This document shows positions 1 through 9,490 of a DNA stretch of 64,000 nucleotides, piece after piece. Below the pieces are notes generated by a model. It saw only the letters and a program-made list of their open reading frames with translations. It was not told where the DNA came from and did no database searches. Location of the stretch: IMG/VR virus record IMGVR_UViG_3300033141_000124, positions 46,544 to 110,543 of that record; one strand, given 5' to 3'. A program made the position numbers and the translations under genes. The stretch comes from a virus. Position 1 is the first letter of the stretch. Every line of letters begins with the position of its first letter.

Positions 1-495
1 TATGGATATGCTAGAGTAACACAAAAGAGAGTAGGATTTGGGAGCAACGGTTTCTTAAGACCTATGAACTTATCAGCTCTAATTCCAGGTAAACTAGAGG
101 ACTTACAGTCTATGAACTGGAAAGCAAACCAAGTACTAAACGGTAAAATTGTAATCAAGGAGAGCTTAGAGCCATTTAACTCTACTAATCCTGACAGAGA
201 TCTTAAATATGCAGGGGATACAGGTATTGTATGCTGTGTAGATGGTCAACCTATTTATAGGAAAACAATATTTACACCTGATACTACAGCTGAAGACACG
301 CTAATAGCACACACTAATGGTCAAGACATTAGAGAAGCTAATGGTTTAGTTACTGAAGCTAAGATAGTACAGAATGCTACACCAGAGGAGGCATTTGATA
401 CAGTTGATAACCAAGAGGTTGATGAAGTAAATGAAGAGGATGAAGTAAAGGCTGAAGCTGAAGAAGTCCTTGAAGAAGAAACGTTTGAATTATAA
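1..495 (+). CDS. Conserved phage protein with acidic C-terminal tail (possibly ssDNA-binding); 5'-truncated by the window edge
   Basis: Frame is open from base 1 (YGYARVTQKRVG...) into the called ORF at 64; ends in the acidic/aromatic tail EEVLEEETFEL. Confidence 0.55.
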   Translation, partial: YGYARVTQKRVGFGSNGFLRPMNLSALIPGKLEDLQSMNWKANQVLNGKIVIKESLEPFNSTNPDRDLKYAGDTGIVCCVDGQPIYRKTIFTPDTTAEDTLIAHTNGQDIREANGLVTEAKIVQNATPEEAFDTVDNQEVDEVNEEDEVKAEAEEVLEEETFEL

Positions 496-509
496 GCCAG
501 ACGTTATAA

Positions 510-548
510 TTAGATAGAGGTCCTGGTTCTGCCGGGATCTCTAATCTA
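510..548 (+). terminator. Intergenic stem-loop, possible terminator or processing site
   Basis: TAGATAGAGGTCCTGG-ttctg-CCGGGATCTCTAATCTA imperfect inverted repeat after the stop at 495. Confidence 0.45.
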
Positions 549-587
549 TAAATCATTTACTAAATCAATCACTAAAACCACTTAATC

Positions 588-1091
588 ATGTTATCACTAG
601 ATCAAATATCAAAACTAAAATTACAACACAGAAAAGAACGCTATCAATACTATGGAATATTAGAGGAGTATCAATTACATCCACCATCTATAGTAAACTC
701 ATTAGATTATTCTAAGTTAAATCCTTATCAACATTTTTTGTTTAAACGTGTACTACACGGACTCAAGGTTTATAAACCTGAAGAAGTTAAGAAGTTACAC
801 TGGGACAAAAGACGCAGGATAACAAAGGTTTGGAAACGTGCACAAAGAGAGATCAATGCATGGAAACAAACTATTTGTAACAAGAGAATAAATGCTTATC
901 TTAGTAAAACATTTAAGAGCAAGATTGTAGATTATATAATATCTATACCAGCAGAGGAAGTACTTGATGACTATCATAACACTATGACATTCAAGGACTT
1001 AGGGATCACATATGAAGATGTTATACTAAAATTTATGTCACTAGGTTTGTTACCAAGAAACTTTTTTACATTAACAACAAATGGGAATTAG
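588..1091 (+). CDS. Hypothetical protein
   Basis: 167-aa ORF with AT-rich leader, overlapping the next gene. Confidence 0.75.
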   Translation: MLSLDQISKLKLQHRKERYQYYGILEEYQLHPPSIVNSLDYSKLNPYQHFLFKRVLHGLKVYKPEEVKKLHWDKRRRITKVWKRAQREINAWKQTICNKRINAYLSKTFKSKIVDYIISIPAEEVLDDYHNTMTFKDLGITYEDVILKFMSLGLLPRNFFTLTTNGN

Positions 1092-1371
1092 AAACTTTTC
1101 TAAAAAAATGCAGAAGGCAAATACGGCTTACAAGAAATTACGTGGGCCGTATTTACTGGAGCATCCAATATGCCACGCAAAGATCCACAACTGTACAATA
1201 CATGCTACAGATGTACACCACAAGAAAGGTAGAGGTGTACACTATTTAGATGTAAATACATGGTTACCTGTGTGCAGAAACTGTCACATGTGGATAGAAG
1301 AAAATACAGTACACGCAATAGAACTGGGCTTCTCAATGCCTAGAACTTATGAACAAGAATCAGATGAATAA
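1081..1371 (+). CDS. HNH-family zinc-binding endonuclease
   Basis: C-x6-C...DVHHKKGR...WLPVCRNCH pattern. Confidence 0.75.
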   Translation: MGIRNFSKKMQKANTAYKKLRGPYLLEHPICHAKIHNCTIHATDVHHKKGRGVHYLDVNTWLPVCRNCHMWIEENTVHAIELGFSMPRTYEQESDE

Positions 1372-2464
1372 TAGAGAAATAGTCCAAGCAGATGCATTGT
1401 CTATAGCAATGCAACATAAAAGATGTGGTCTAGGGATATCAATGGGTGTTGGTAAAACACGTATTGCAATAGAACACTTAAAAAAGAATTACAATCCCTT
1501 TATAAAAGCATTAGTAGTAATACCAAAGAAGTCAGTTATAAAGTCTTGGTATGATGAACTAGATAAAATAAATGACACAGTATTAGAAGATCATATTACA
1601 TTTACTACTTATTTATCACTTAAGAAACGTAATCCAAATGATTATGATATAGTATATTTAGATGAGTGTCATTCATTATTACCAGGTCATGAAGTATTTT
1701 TATCACAGTTTCAAGGTAAGATACTAGGTCTAACCGGTACACCACCAAGGGATAGACAATCAGAAAAAGGTAAGATGGTACAGAAGTATTGTCCTATGAG
1801 ATATCTATTTGATGTAGATAAAGCTACTGACTCTAAGATATTAAATGACTATCAAATAATTATACATGAGCTACAGCTATCTAAACTACCAACATTAAAG
1901 AAAAAGAATAAGAATGGTGGACATTGGTGGACAACAGAGGCTAAAGACTATGAATATGTTACAGGAAGATGCAGAGATGCACAGACTCCAAAGCAACAAC
2001 AGTTTGCTAGAATCATGAGAATGAGAGCACTGATGGAATATAATAGCAAAGAGATATACACTAAATCATTACTAAGTAATATGAATGATAAGTGTATTAT
2101 ATTTGCTAATACCCAGAAACAAGCTGATAGAGTATGTAAGTTTAGCTATCACTCTACAAATAAAAAGTCAGAAGATAATCTAGAACTTTTTAAAGATGGT
2201 AGAATACATCAGCTATCTTGTGTCTTACAGTTATCAGAAGGTGTAACAATACCTAATTTAAAACAGGGTATCATTATGCATGCATATGGTAATGAGAAAA
2301 AGACAGCTCAGAGGATAGGCCGTTTACTTAGGCTAAATCCATCAGAGCGTGCTACATGTCATATATTATGTTATAAAGGCACACAAGATGCAACATGGGT
2401 TAAGTCTGCACTGAAAGGATTTGATCAAAATAAAATTAAATATTATAACCCTTTAAATAGATAA
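1349..2464 (+). CDS. Superfamily 2 (DExH) helicase, UvsW/ResIII-like
   Basis: MGVGKT (Walker A), LDECH (motif II), LTGT (III), EGVTIP (V), QRIGRLLR (VI). Confidence 0.9.
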   Translation: MNKNQMNNREIVQADALSIAMQHKRCGLGISMGVGKTRIAIEHLKKNYNPFIKALVVIPKKSVIKSWYDELDKINDTVLEDHITFTTYLSLKKRNPNDYDIVYLDECHSLLPGHEVFLSQFQGKILGLTGTPPRDRQSEKGKMVQKYCPMRYLFDVDKATDSKILNDYQIIIHELQLSKLPTLKKKNKNGGHWWTTEAKDYEYVTGRCRDAQTPKQQQFARIMRMRALMEYNSKEIYTKSLLSNMNDKCIIFANTQKQADRVCKFSYHSTNKKSEDNLELFKDGRIHQLSCVLQLSEGVTIPNLKQGIIMHAYGNEKKTAQRIGRLLRLNPSERATCHILCYKGTQDATWVKSALKGFDQNKIKYYNPLNR

Positions 2465-2466
2465 CT

Positions 2467-2730
2467 ATGGGAAGAATGAAAGAAATATACATGAAAATGG
2501 TAGAAGAAGAATACCAAGGAGATCATGATGCATACATTCAAGATTTGGCTAGAGTCAAGATTGAAGAAGTCATTGAAGAAAGTTATGATGTTGTTGTGGA
2601 TAAGGTATGTCCAAATTGTTTTGAGAGGTCAAAGCTGCACAGTATGGTACAAAAAGGCACAGAAGTTGAGTGTCTTGATTGTGGTCAGGCGTTTGATGAA
2701 GTTGAACCGGGTGTTTTAAGATTTAAATAA
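2467..2730 (+). CDS. Small zinc-ribbon protein
   Basis: CPNC...CLDC pairs. Confidence 0.65.
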   Translation: MGRMKEIYMKMVEEEYQGDHDAYIQDLARVKIEEVIEESYDVVVDKVCPNCFERSKLHSMVQKGTEVECLDCGQAFDEVEPGVLRFK

Positions 2731-2990
2731 TGGAGTCAATAGAATGGACACATGATGATGTGGATTTAGAAATAGATTATATATATACACCAGGAGAGCC
2801 ATCAGTAGATTATTATCCAGATGGTAGTGGGTATCCTGGTTCACCTCCGGTTGTAGATATACAACATATATGGGCACCACTTAAAGATAGAAGTGGGCAT
2901 CTAATCAATGTAGATGTTAAGGATATAATAGAAGAAAGTTTAGATATAGACAGCCTGGAGGAAGAAATACTTGAATTAAAAGACCTATGA
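2730..2990 (+). CDS. Hypothetical acidic protein
   Basis: 86-aa ORF with TAATG/ATGA coupling to its neighbours. Confidence 0.7.
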   Translation: MESIEWTHDDVDLEIDYIYTPGEPSVDYYPDGSGYPGSPPVVDIQHIWAPLKDRSGHLINVDVKDIIEESLDIDSLEEEILELKDL

Positions 2991-3196
2991 AACATTTTAC
3001 AAACAACGGAAAAGAGTATATTAGAAAACAATATCCAAATATTTTTAATCATATGGAATCAAATAAAAGAGAAGAAGATATAAAATACAGACAAGGAAGA
3101 AGAAAAGAACAGGTAGAAGGTCATGCTATAATGGCACTGATTAGTATAGCTGGTATAATAGTAATGCTTGTCATAATGGGTTGGCTAGCATCATGA
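2987..3196 (+). CDS. Small protein with C-terminal transmembrane helix
   Basis: AIMALISIAGIIVMLVIMGWL hydrophobic segment. Confidence 0.65.
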   Translation: MKHFTNNGKEYIRKQYPNIFNHMESNKREEDIKYRQGRRKEQVEGHAIMALISIAGIIVMLVIMGWLAS

Positions 3197-3576
3197 AAGA
3201 CCAACTATTTGTAGAAGCTCGTGTCAAGGATGGAGAGTTACACTTTCCAATCAAAGCATTTGAGATAAAATTTAAAAACTTTTTAAAAGATCAGCCTGAG
3301 AGTGCTAGGCTGGATATATTTATTGGTGTCAATGATGGTAAGGGTAGTAACCCACAGCTAGCAAGAATACATGCTATGATCAGAGAGATAGCCAATGAGA
3401 TAGGTCATACGTTTGAAGAAGTAAAGCTTCAAGTAAAACGTAGAGCAGGCCTATGTTTTATGAGAAACAATGTAGAATACTGTAAATCTTTTGCTAAGTG
3501 TGATAAAGAAGAATTAAATCTTGCAATTCAAGCAGCAATGGAAATAGGAGACTTTGGTGGTATGCAGTTAAGATAA
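3193..3576 (+). CDS. NinB/Orf-like recombination accessory protein (start revised to ATG 3193)
   Basis: SNPQLARIHAMIREIANEIGHTFEEVK...S.AKC.KEEL resembles the NinB family; ATGA overlap with the upstream stop. Confidence 0.55.
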   Translation: MKDQLFVEARVKDGELHFPIKAFEIKFKNFLKDQPESARLDIFIGVNDGKGSNPQLARIHAMIREIANEIGHTFEEVKLQVKRRAGLCFMRNNVEYCKSFAKCDKEELNLAIQAAMEIGDFGGMQLR

Positions 3577-3588
3577 AAAGACTGCATA
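3561..3588. terminator. Inverted repeat where the + and - strand genes converge
   Basis: TATGCAGT-N12-ACTGCATA. Confidence 0.35.
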
Positions 3589-3720
3589 CACTTTAGCTTC
3601 TCTTTTAGAACTAAGCTTAACTGTATTTATTAATCTCTTTTCTTTAACTACTGGTTCTTGTACCTCATCTTTAGGTAGGTACTTAGGATTTTTACTGTTC
3701 AGTTTCCTCTTCTTTGGCAT
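3568..3720 (-). CDS. Unannotated 50-aa basic protein
   Basis: Hand translation MPKKRKLNSKNPKYLPKDEVQEPVVKEKRLINTVKLSSKREAKVYAVFLS*; overlaps the end of the upstream - strand gene and fills the gap. Confidence 0.6.
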   Translation of the reverse strand: MPKKRKLNSKNPKYLPKDEVQEPVVKEKRLINTVKLSSKREAKVYAVFLS

Positions 3721-4132
3721 CAGGTATATGTGTATTAATTTTATTTGCTAATATATTTAAAGACTCATTAAGTGTACCAGCTTTCTTAGCTTCTTCAGCA
3801 TACTTTTTAAGCGTGTCATTATCTACAGGTAGATCAGTTAGTATTTCTAAGTCCTGATCTTTAGCAAATGATTTAAATAAATGTGTTAATGAGAATATAG
3901 TATATATCTCATGTTCAATTGGTGTCATGGCAGCATCTTCACCAGTTATTTTACCATCTACAATACCGTGGAATTTGGTAAGCAAAGCACCAAGATCCTC
4001 AGGTTTTTCATAGAATTCACTTACATATCTGTAGTATACATTCTGTAAACCAGGAATAAATGCTGTAGATACTACAATATCTTTGATAACCTTTGTGTAG
4101 TCATAACTAACAATTTGTTTATGTTCTGCCAT
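3692..4132 (-). CDS. Hypothetical protein on the opposite strand within the replication block (start revised to ATG 4132)
   Basis: ORF fills the gap between + strand genes; MAEHKQ start with AT-rich leader. Confidence 0.75.
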   Translation of the reverse strand: MAEHKQIVSYDYTKVIKDIVVSTAFIPGLQNVYYRYVSEFYEKPEDLGALLTKFHGIVDGKITGEDAAMTPIEHEIYTIFSLTHLFKSFAKDQDLEILTDLPVDNDTLKKYAEEAKKAGTLNESLNILANKINTHIPDAKEEETEQ

Positions 4133-4168
4133 AATTTTAGATTTTAAATACAAATGTAATAATAATAT

Positions 4169-4888
4169 ATGAAAAAACTAGACATAGATATAAATAATCT
4201 CAGAGAAAAATTAATTGAGAAAATAGAACCATCAGGGTGGGAGCCAGCATTATCACCTTTTATAAATGGATTAAGCTTTGATATGATCATGAATAGCTTG
4301 GTATCACTTGTAGAATCAGGCAGGAGATTTACACCAAAGTTTAAAGACGTAATGAATGCTTTTGTAGAGTGTCCGTATGATGATCTTAAAGTTATTGTTA
4401 TTGGGCAAGACCCATACCCACAGCTAGGAGTTGCTGACGGAATAGCTTTTAGTTGTAGTAACAAAGGTAAAGCTGAAAAGTCTTTGCAATACATACTAAA
4501 ACAAACCATAGGTGATTACACTAAAACAGGTAGGGCTATATATACACCAGAAGAATGTGACTTAAGACGCTGGGCTAACCAGGGTGTGCTGTTACTTAAT
4601 ACAGCATTTACATGTGAGGTCAACAAGATAGGATCACATTATAACTTATGGAAACCATATGCAGAGTATTTGTTTGACTTAATAAATAAACATAAAAAAG
4701 ATCTACCGGTTATAATGATGGGTAGAAAAGCAGAAGAATGGGAAAGGTATTTCTCAAACCATACATTATTTAAAGTAAGTCACCCAGCATCAGCTGCATA
4801 CAGAGGCGGAGAATGGGATTGTAAAGATGTCTTTAATAAGGTAAATGATCACCTTGAAAAGCATGGAAAAGATAGGATTGTATGGTAG
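4169..4888 (+). CDS. ung: Uracil-DNA glycosylase, family 1
   Basis: VIVIGQDPYP, ADGIAFS, WANQGVLLLNTAFT, SHPASA motifs. Confidence 0.93.
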   Translation: MKKLDIDINNLREKLIEKIEPSGWEPALSPFINGLSFDMIMNSLVSLVESGRRFTPKFKDVMNAFVECPYDDLKVIVIGQDPYPQLGVADGIAFSCSNKGKAEKSLQYILKQTIGDYTKTGRAIYTPEECDLRRWANQGVLLLNTAFTCEVNKIGSHYNLWKPYAEYLFDLINKHKKDLPVIMMGRKAEEWERYFSNHTLFKVSHPASAAYRGGEWDCKDVFNKVNDHLEKHGKDRIVW

Positions 4889-4926
4889 AATTTTGTATCT
4901 TTATAATCTTTAAAAACCAATAATTT

Positions 4927-5523
4927 ATGTGGGATTTATTCCAAGTAATGTTAAGCAAAAACGTTACACCAAACCAAGTTCTTTTATTGTTTGGTATGAA
5001 GAATGGAGTTAGCACTTCAGCTGTACATACTAAAGAAGAAGATAAGCTTCACTTAGTTAAGATAGGATATTTAGATCAGAAGAATGGTGTATATTTATTA
5101 ACACCTGAAGCCAAGGCATTTTGTGTTAGGCTAGATAACTATTTTATTAAGGCTAAGAAGAAGACTGATATACAACTTATGGGTAAGAAGTATGTAACAT
5201 GGATAAATGATTACAGAGAGATATTCCCAAACAAGAAACTACCTAGCGGTAAACCTGCAAGAAATAATGTGAAGGCATTAGGAGAAGCATTTAGATGGTT
5301 CTTTAATACATATGATCATGACTGGGAAACAGTATTTGCTGCAACCAGAATGTATGTTAATGAATACAGAGACAAAGACTATATGTATATGCAGACAAGT
5401 CAATACTTTATTTGTAAACAAGATAAGCACAGAGTAAAACATTCTACTCTAGCGGATTATTGTGATATGATAATAGATGGTATTGATACAGAAGAAGATC
5501 ACTTTAAAGAAAACGTAGTATGA
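4927..5523 (+). CDS. Hypothetical replication-associated protein (possible wHTH N-terminus; helicase partner)
   Basis: Coupled to the helicase gene by ATGA; N-terminal LVKIGYL...YLLT resembles a wHTH wing. Confidence 0.5.
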   Translation: MWDLFQVMLSKNVTPNQVLLLFGMKNGVSTSAVHTKEEDKLHLVKIGYLDQKNGVYLLTPEAKAFCVRLDNYFIKAKKKTDIQLMGKKYVTWINDYREIFPNKKLPSGKPARNNVKALGEAFRWFFNTYDHDWETVFAATRMYVNEYRDKDYMYMQTSQYFICKQDKHRVKHSTLADYCDMIIDGIDTEEDHFKENVV

Positions 5524-6473
5524 AAAAGAAACCATCATGGGTGGGGCAGTATGCTGCATTTAATGAAGCACTTAAATATATGTACGCCAGATCAACTGGT
5601 GAGGAGAAATCTATATATACACCATGGCCTAAATTTAATGATGCTACTACTGATGGATTAGAGTGGAATACATTAACTGTAATTGGTGGTAGACCTGGTT
5701 CAGGTAAGACACTAATTAAAGACCAAATCATAAGAGAATCATTTCTATTAAATCCAAATGATAACTTCAGAGTATTGGAGTTTCAGTTTGAGATGGTAGG
5801 AAGAACCTCAGCTATTAGAGAGTTTAGTTCTATAACCGGTAAGACATACAAAGAGTTATGTAGTGCAGGTAGTATACTTAGTACAGATACATTAAATAAG
5901 TGTCATCAGTATGCAAAAGAAAGAGTTAAATATCCAGTAGATATTGTATCTACACCTATGACAGTAAATCAAATGCGTGATCAGATAGATCAATATATGA
6001 CAGAACATAAAGGTATACCAACTATGATTACATTAGATCATAGTATGCTTGTTAAAAGAGCACCCTATCAGAATAGCACATTAGATATGTTATTTGAATT
6101 AGGTGAGTTCTTTACACAGTGTAAGAGGGACTATCCATGTTTGTTTATTTGTTTATCACAGCTAAACCGTAACATAGATAATCCAGATAGAGCTGTAGAT
6201 GGTAAGTATGGTAACTATATACTTGAATCAGATATCTTTGGTTCAGATGCTATGCTACAACATGCTGATACTTTAATAGGTATTAACAGGCCAGCCAAGC
6301 AGAAGATTAGATATTATGGTCCAGATAGATATATAATAGAAAATGATAGAACATTAGTGTTGCACTTCTTAAAAGCCAGGAATGGTGATGCAAGGATGTC
6401 ATTCTTTAAAGCAAAGTTTGAACAAATGCAAATAGAAGAAATGGCAACGCCAGCACAACAAGAACGTAGATGA
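5520..6473 (+). CDS. DnaB-like (SF4) replicative helicase, ATPase domain only
   Basis: GGRPGSGKT, FQFEM, ITLDH, LSQLNR, SDAMLQHAD, LKARNG. Confidence 0.9.
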   Translation: MKKKPSWVGQYAAFNEALKYMYARSTGEEKSIYTPWPKFNDATTDGLEWNTLTVIGGRPGSGKTLIKDQIIRESFLLNPNDNFRVLEFQFEMVGRTSAIREFSSITGKTYKELCSAGSILSTDTLNKCHQYAKERVKYPVDIVSTPMTVNQMRDQIDQYMTEHKGIPTMITLDHSMLVKRAPYQNSTLDMLFELGEFFTQCKRDYPCLFICLSQLNRNIDNPDRAVDGKYGNYILESDIFGSDAMLQHADTLIGINRPAKQKIRYYGPDRYIIENDRTLVLHFLKARNGDARMSFFKAKFEQMQIEEMATPAQQERR

Positions 6474-7012
6474 GTTTTAATACTAAAAATATAAATAATA
6501 AATCAATGGGACTGACACCAGCGGAAAGGAAACAAAAAGTTTCAAAGCTAAGAGAAGAGCATGAAGATTACTTTCAGACAGAGGGTAAGATAAATGCACT
6601 ATATATACCTAAGATGGCTTACAGGCCTACAGGTAAAGATGATCTACATGTTAGTTTCTTTCCTAGTGAACTAGAAAAAGAACAAGACATATATACAGAG
6701 TTTGTTAGTATAGACTATGACTCAGAAGATCCAAAAAGAACTTTATACCTTCATAAATATAATCCACATTGGAAAGAAGAGTATGAACTAATTACTTCAA
6801 GCTCAGGATTTGTAAGACACATAATCCCTGTGAGTGAGCTCAAAGTAATAAATGATGTTACTAGTAGAGGTAATGCTATTGTAGACTTTGCTAACCCAAA
6901 CTTACCTGATCCAGATAAGAAAGAGGTTATAGAAGACCCAGTAGTAGGAGCACTACTTGATATCAATGATACACTAAATAAATTAATAAATGTAATTAAA
7001 TCAATTAAGTAA
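6470..7012 (+). CDS. Hypothetical protein
   Basis: 180-aa ORF coupled to both neighbours. Confidence 0.7.
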   Translation: MSFNTKNINNKSMGLTPAERKQKVSKLREEHEDYFQTEGKINALYIPKMAYRPTGKDDLHVSFFPSELEKEQDIYTEFVSIDYDSEDPKRTLYLHKYNPHWKEEYELITSSSGFVRHIIPVSELKVINDVTSRGNAIVDFANPNLPDPDKKEVIEDPVVGALLDINDTLNKLINVIKSIK

Positions 7013-7696
7013 ATGGCACAAAGCGTATTAGTTATTGCTGATTCAGGTACAGGGAAGTCTACCTCAATCAGAACATTAGATCCAAAAGAGACTTTCATTA
7101 TAAACATTGCTAATAAACCATTGCCTTTCAAAGGTTATAAGAGTAAGTATACTCAGATTAGTAAAGATAACCCTAAAGGTAACATTACATCAGCTGCATC
7201 AGCTGCTGGTATAATTAAAGCAATGAACCATGTGAATGATAAAATGCCACAGATCAAAACATTAGTTGTAGATGACTGGCAGTACATGAGTTCATTTGAA
7301 TACTTTGAAAGAGCAAATGAAAAAGGTTATGATAAATTTACTCAGATTGCAGCTAACTTAGCACAAGTAGCTAAGATGCCTAAAGACATGAGAGATGATT
7401 TAACTGTTATATTCTTGACTCACTCAGAGGATTCAACAGATATAAATGGTAATAGAAAAGTAAAAGCCAAAACTATTGGGAAAATGATTGACAATACGTT
7501 AACTTTGGAAGGTCTCTTTTCTATAGTCTTATTTGGTAAAGTAAATAAAAATGATGATGGTGAACTTGAATATGGTTTTGAAACACAAAACAATGGAGAG
7601 AACACATGTAAATCACCAATGGGTATGTTTGAAGATAAATTTATCTCAAATGACCTGCAGTATGTAAAGGATTGCATACAGAAATATGAAGAATAA
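7013..7696 (+). CDS. AAA_24/Sak4-like P-loop ATPase (recombination)
   Basis: ADSGTGKSTS Walker A, LVVDD Walker B, FLTHSE, KTIGKM, CKSPMGMF. Confidence 0.85.
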   Translation: MAQSVLVIADSGTGKSTSIRTLDPKETFIINIANKPLPFKGYKSKYTQISKDNPKGNITSAASAAGIIKAMNHVNDKMPQIKTLVVDDWQYMSSFEYFERANEKGYDKFTQIAANLAQVAKMPKDMRDDLTVIFLTHSEDSTDINGNRKVKAKTIGKMIDNTLTLEGLFSIVLFGKVNKNDDGELEYGFETQNNGENTCKSPMGMFEDKFISNDLQYVKDCIQKYEE

Positions 7697-7719
7697 TTAA
7701 TTAATTAAAAAGAAAAATT

Positions 7720-8394
7720 ATGTTAAGTACTAAAGATTTGTCTGTAGGATCAGGCAGTATTAAACCAGTTGCTGGTCCAGGTAATCAAAAGATTAAAATT
7801 AATTCTATTACTTTTGATCAAACACCTTATGACTCTGAGGCATATAATATTATGCTACATGTAGAAACAGAACCAGTTGAAGGAGAGTTTCAAGGTTTCC
7901 TAAAAGACATGAATAATCCTAATGGAGAACGTTATGAAGGCCAGGTTGGTAGAGTTAGATTCTCACCATATCCATATAAAGATACTGTTTTATCAAACGG
8001 TAATGAGATCAAAAGAGACAATGAAGTATTAAAAGCTATGGTATTTCTTGCTGAGGTTGTTGGTAAGAGAAATGAACTAGATGCTATTGAAGCTGCTACT
8101 ATTGAAGACTTTATGATTAAAGCTGCAAAGGTATGCTCAAACACTGGTTACATTAATGCTTGTCTAGGTGCACGTGAATGGGAAAACAAGGAAGGTTATG
8201 TAAACAATGACTTATTCTTACCTAAGAGAACAAGAGAAGGTGTGCCGTTAGAAGCTGTTGACACAGAGAATTCTAACATACTTACTTTTGATAAGAGTAA
8301 TAACCAACATTTCAGACCATTAGTTAAGAAGGAGAATGCTACTACTACTAGCTTTGAGCCTGCTGCAGCTAACGGTGATGACTTTGATTTGTAG
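7720..8394 (+). CDS. Putative single-stranded DNA-binding protein
   Basis: Lies after the Sak4-like ATPase; beta-rich; acidic-aromatic tail GDDFDL. Confidence 0.55.
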   Translation: MLSTKDLSVGSGSIKPVAGPGNQKIKINSITFDQTPYDSEAYNIMLHVETEPVEGEFQGFLKDMNNPNGERYEGQVGRVRFSPYPYKDTVLSNGNEIKRDNEVLKAMVFLAEVVGKRNELDAIEAATIEDFMIKAAKVCSNTGYINACLGAREWENKEGYVNNDLFLPKRTREGVPLEAVDTENSNILTFDKSNNQHFRPLVKKENATTTSFEPAAANGDDFDL

Positions 8395-8411
8395 TTTGAA
8401 TCAGTAATGAT

Positions 8412-8444
8412 AAGGGTGGTTTTCGTGGTTGACTTACCACCCTT
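8412..8444 (+). terminator. Stem-loop after the SSB-like gene
   Basis: AAGGGTGGT-N15-ACCACCCTT followed by TGATTT. Confidence 0.5.
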
Positions 8445-8466
8445 TGATTTACACAATACTAATTAT

Positions 8467-8514
8467 ATGGAACCAGATTATGAATGGATGTGGGAAGTAG
8501 AAAACGCTAGATAA
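8467..8514 (+). CDS. Possible 15-aa leader peptide coupled to primase
   Basis: MEPDYEWMWEVENAR*; its TAA overlaps the primase ATG (TAATG). Confidence 0.35.
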   Translation: MEPDYEWMWEVENAR

Positions 8515-9488
8515 TGTTTAGTACTAAGAATTTAGTTCTACACCCATCAGACGTACCAAGCTATTGGGTATTTCAGTATTACTTAAATTTATCAGAGGCT
8601 CTTGTGGGCCAAGACATCAAGATTAAATCCATCTTTAATCCTAATGAGAGAACACCAAGCTTTTGTATTTATGTTGATAAAGCAGCAATGCAATATAAGT
8701 TTAAAGATTTCTCAACAGGTAAGAGTGGTAACAAGGTAGATCTTGTAAAGATGATGTTTAACATAGACTTTCCTATGGCATCTCAAAAGATTACTAATGA
8801 TTATAATGCACATGTCAAAGCTGGAGGATTCAAATCCCAACAGCTAACACCTCAACCAAAGTGGGAAGTTCAGTTCATAAAAGATACTGAGTGGACAGAA
8901 GCAGATGCTTCATTCTGGTTGCAGTTCAATATTGGTAAGAGTATACTTGATAAGTATAACGTTAAACCAATTGAGTATTATAACTTAGTAAAAGAAGAGA
9001 ACTATAAGGTTAAGAGTCTTAAGATAGAAGGTAAGTATATGTATGGTTATTATGATAAGGATGGTGATGTATATAAAATATACCAGCCATATAGTAAACA
9101 TAAGTTTCATAAAGTTAAAAGCTATCTGCAGGGATATGATCAGTTACAATATAATCAGCCGTATCTAGTGATATGTGCTTCTCTTAAAGATGCAATGTGT
9201 CTTGCTAGCATTGGTTATAATGTAGAGACTATTGCTCCTGATAGTGAGAATACTATGATTAAACCACACATAATAGAATACTTTAAAAAGAAATACAAAA
9301 AAGTTATAACTCTTCTAGATAATGATGAGGCCGGTAAGAAAGCTATAGATAGATATAGATCTATGTATAGAATAGATGGTCTTGTATTACCTATTTGTAA
9401 AGATATATCAGATGCTGTTAAGAAGATAGGTGTAAGCCAAGTTCATCAGAATCTAAGACCTTTACTCAAAGAAATACTAAATAAATAA
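8514..9488 (+). CDS. DNA primase (TOPRIM), crAss-like type
   Basis: ERTPSF and FKDFSTG (Cys-less zinc-binding-like domain); SLKDAM, APDSEN, LLDNDEAG, KDISD. Confidence 0.85.
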   Translation: MFSTKNLVLHPSDVPSYWVFQYYLNLSEALVGQDIKIKSIFNPNERTPSFCIYVDKAAMQYKFKDFSTGKSGNKVDLVKMMFNIDFPMASQKITNDYNAHVKAGGFKSQQLTPQPKWEVQFIKDTEWTEADASFWLQFNIGKSILDKYNVKPIEYYNLVKEENYKVKSLKIEGKYMYGYYDKDGDVYKIYQPYSKHKFHKVKSYLQGYDQLQYNQPYLVICASLKDAMCLASIGYNVETIAPDSENTMIKPHIIEYFKKKYKKVITLLDNDEAGKKAIDRYRSMYRIDGLVLPICKDISDAVKKIGVSQVHQNLRPLLKEILNK

Positions 9489-9490
9489 TT

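Noticed and set aside
1081-1371. HNH gene as a mobile homing element
   Set aside because: Small, overlaps both neighbours, interrupts no gene and has no extra DNA-binding domain
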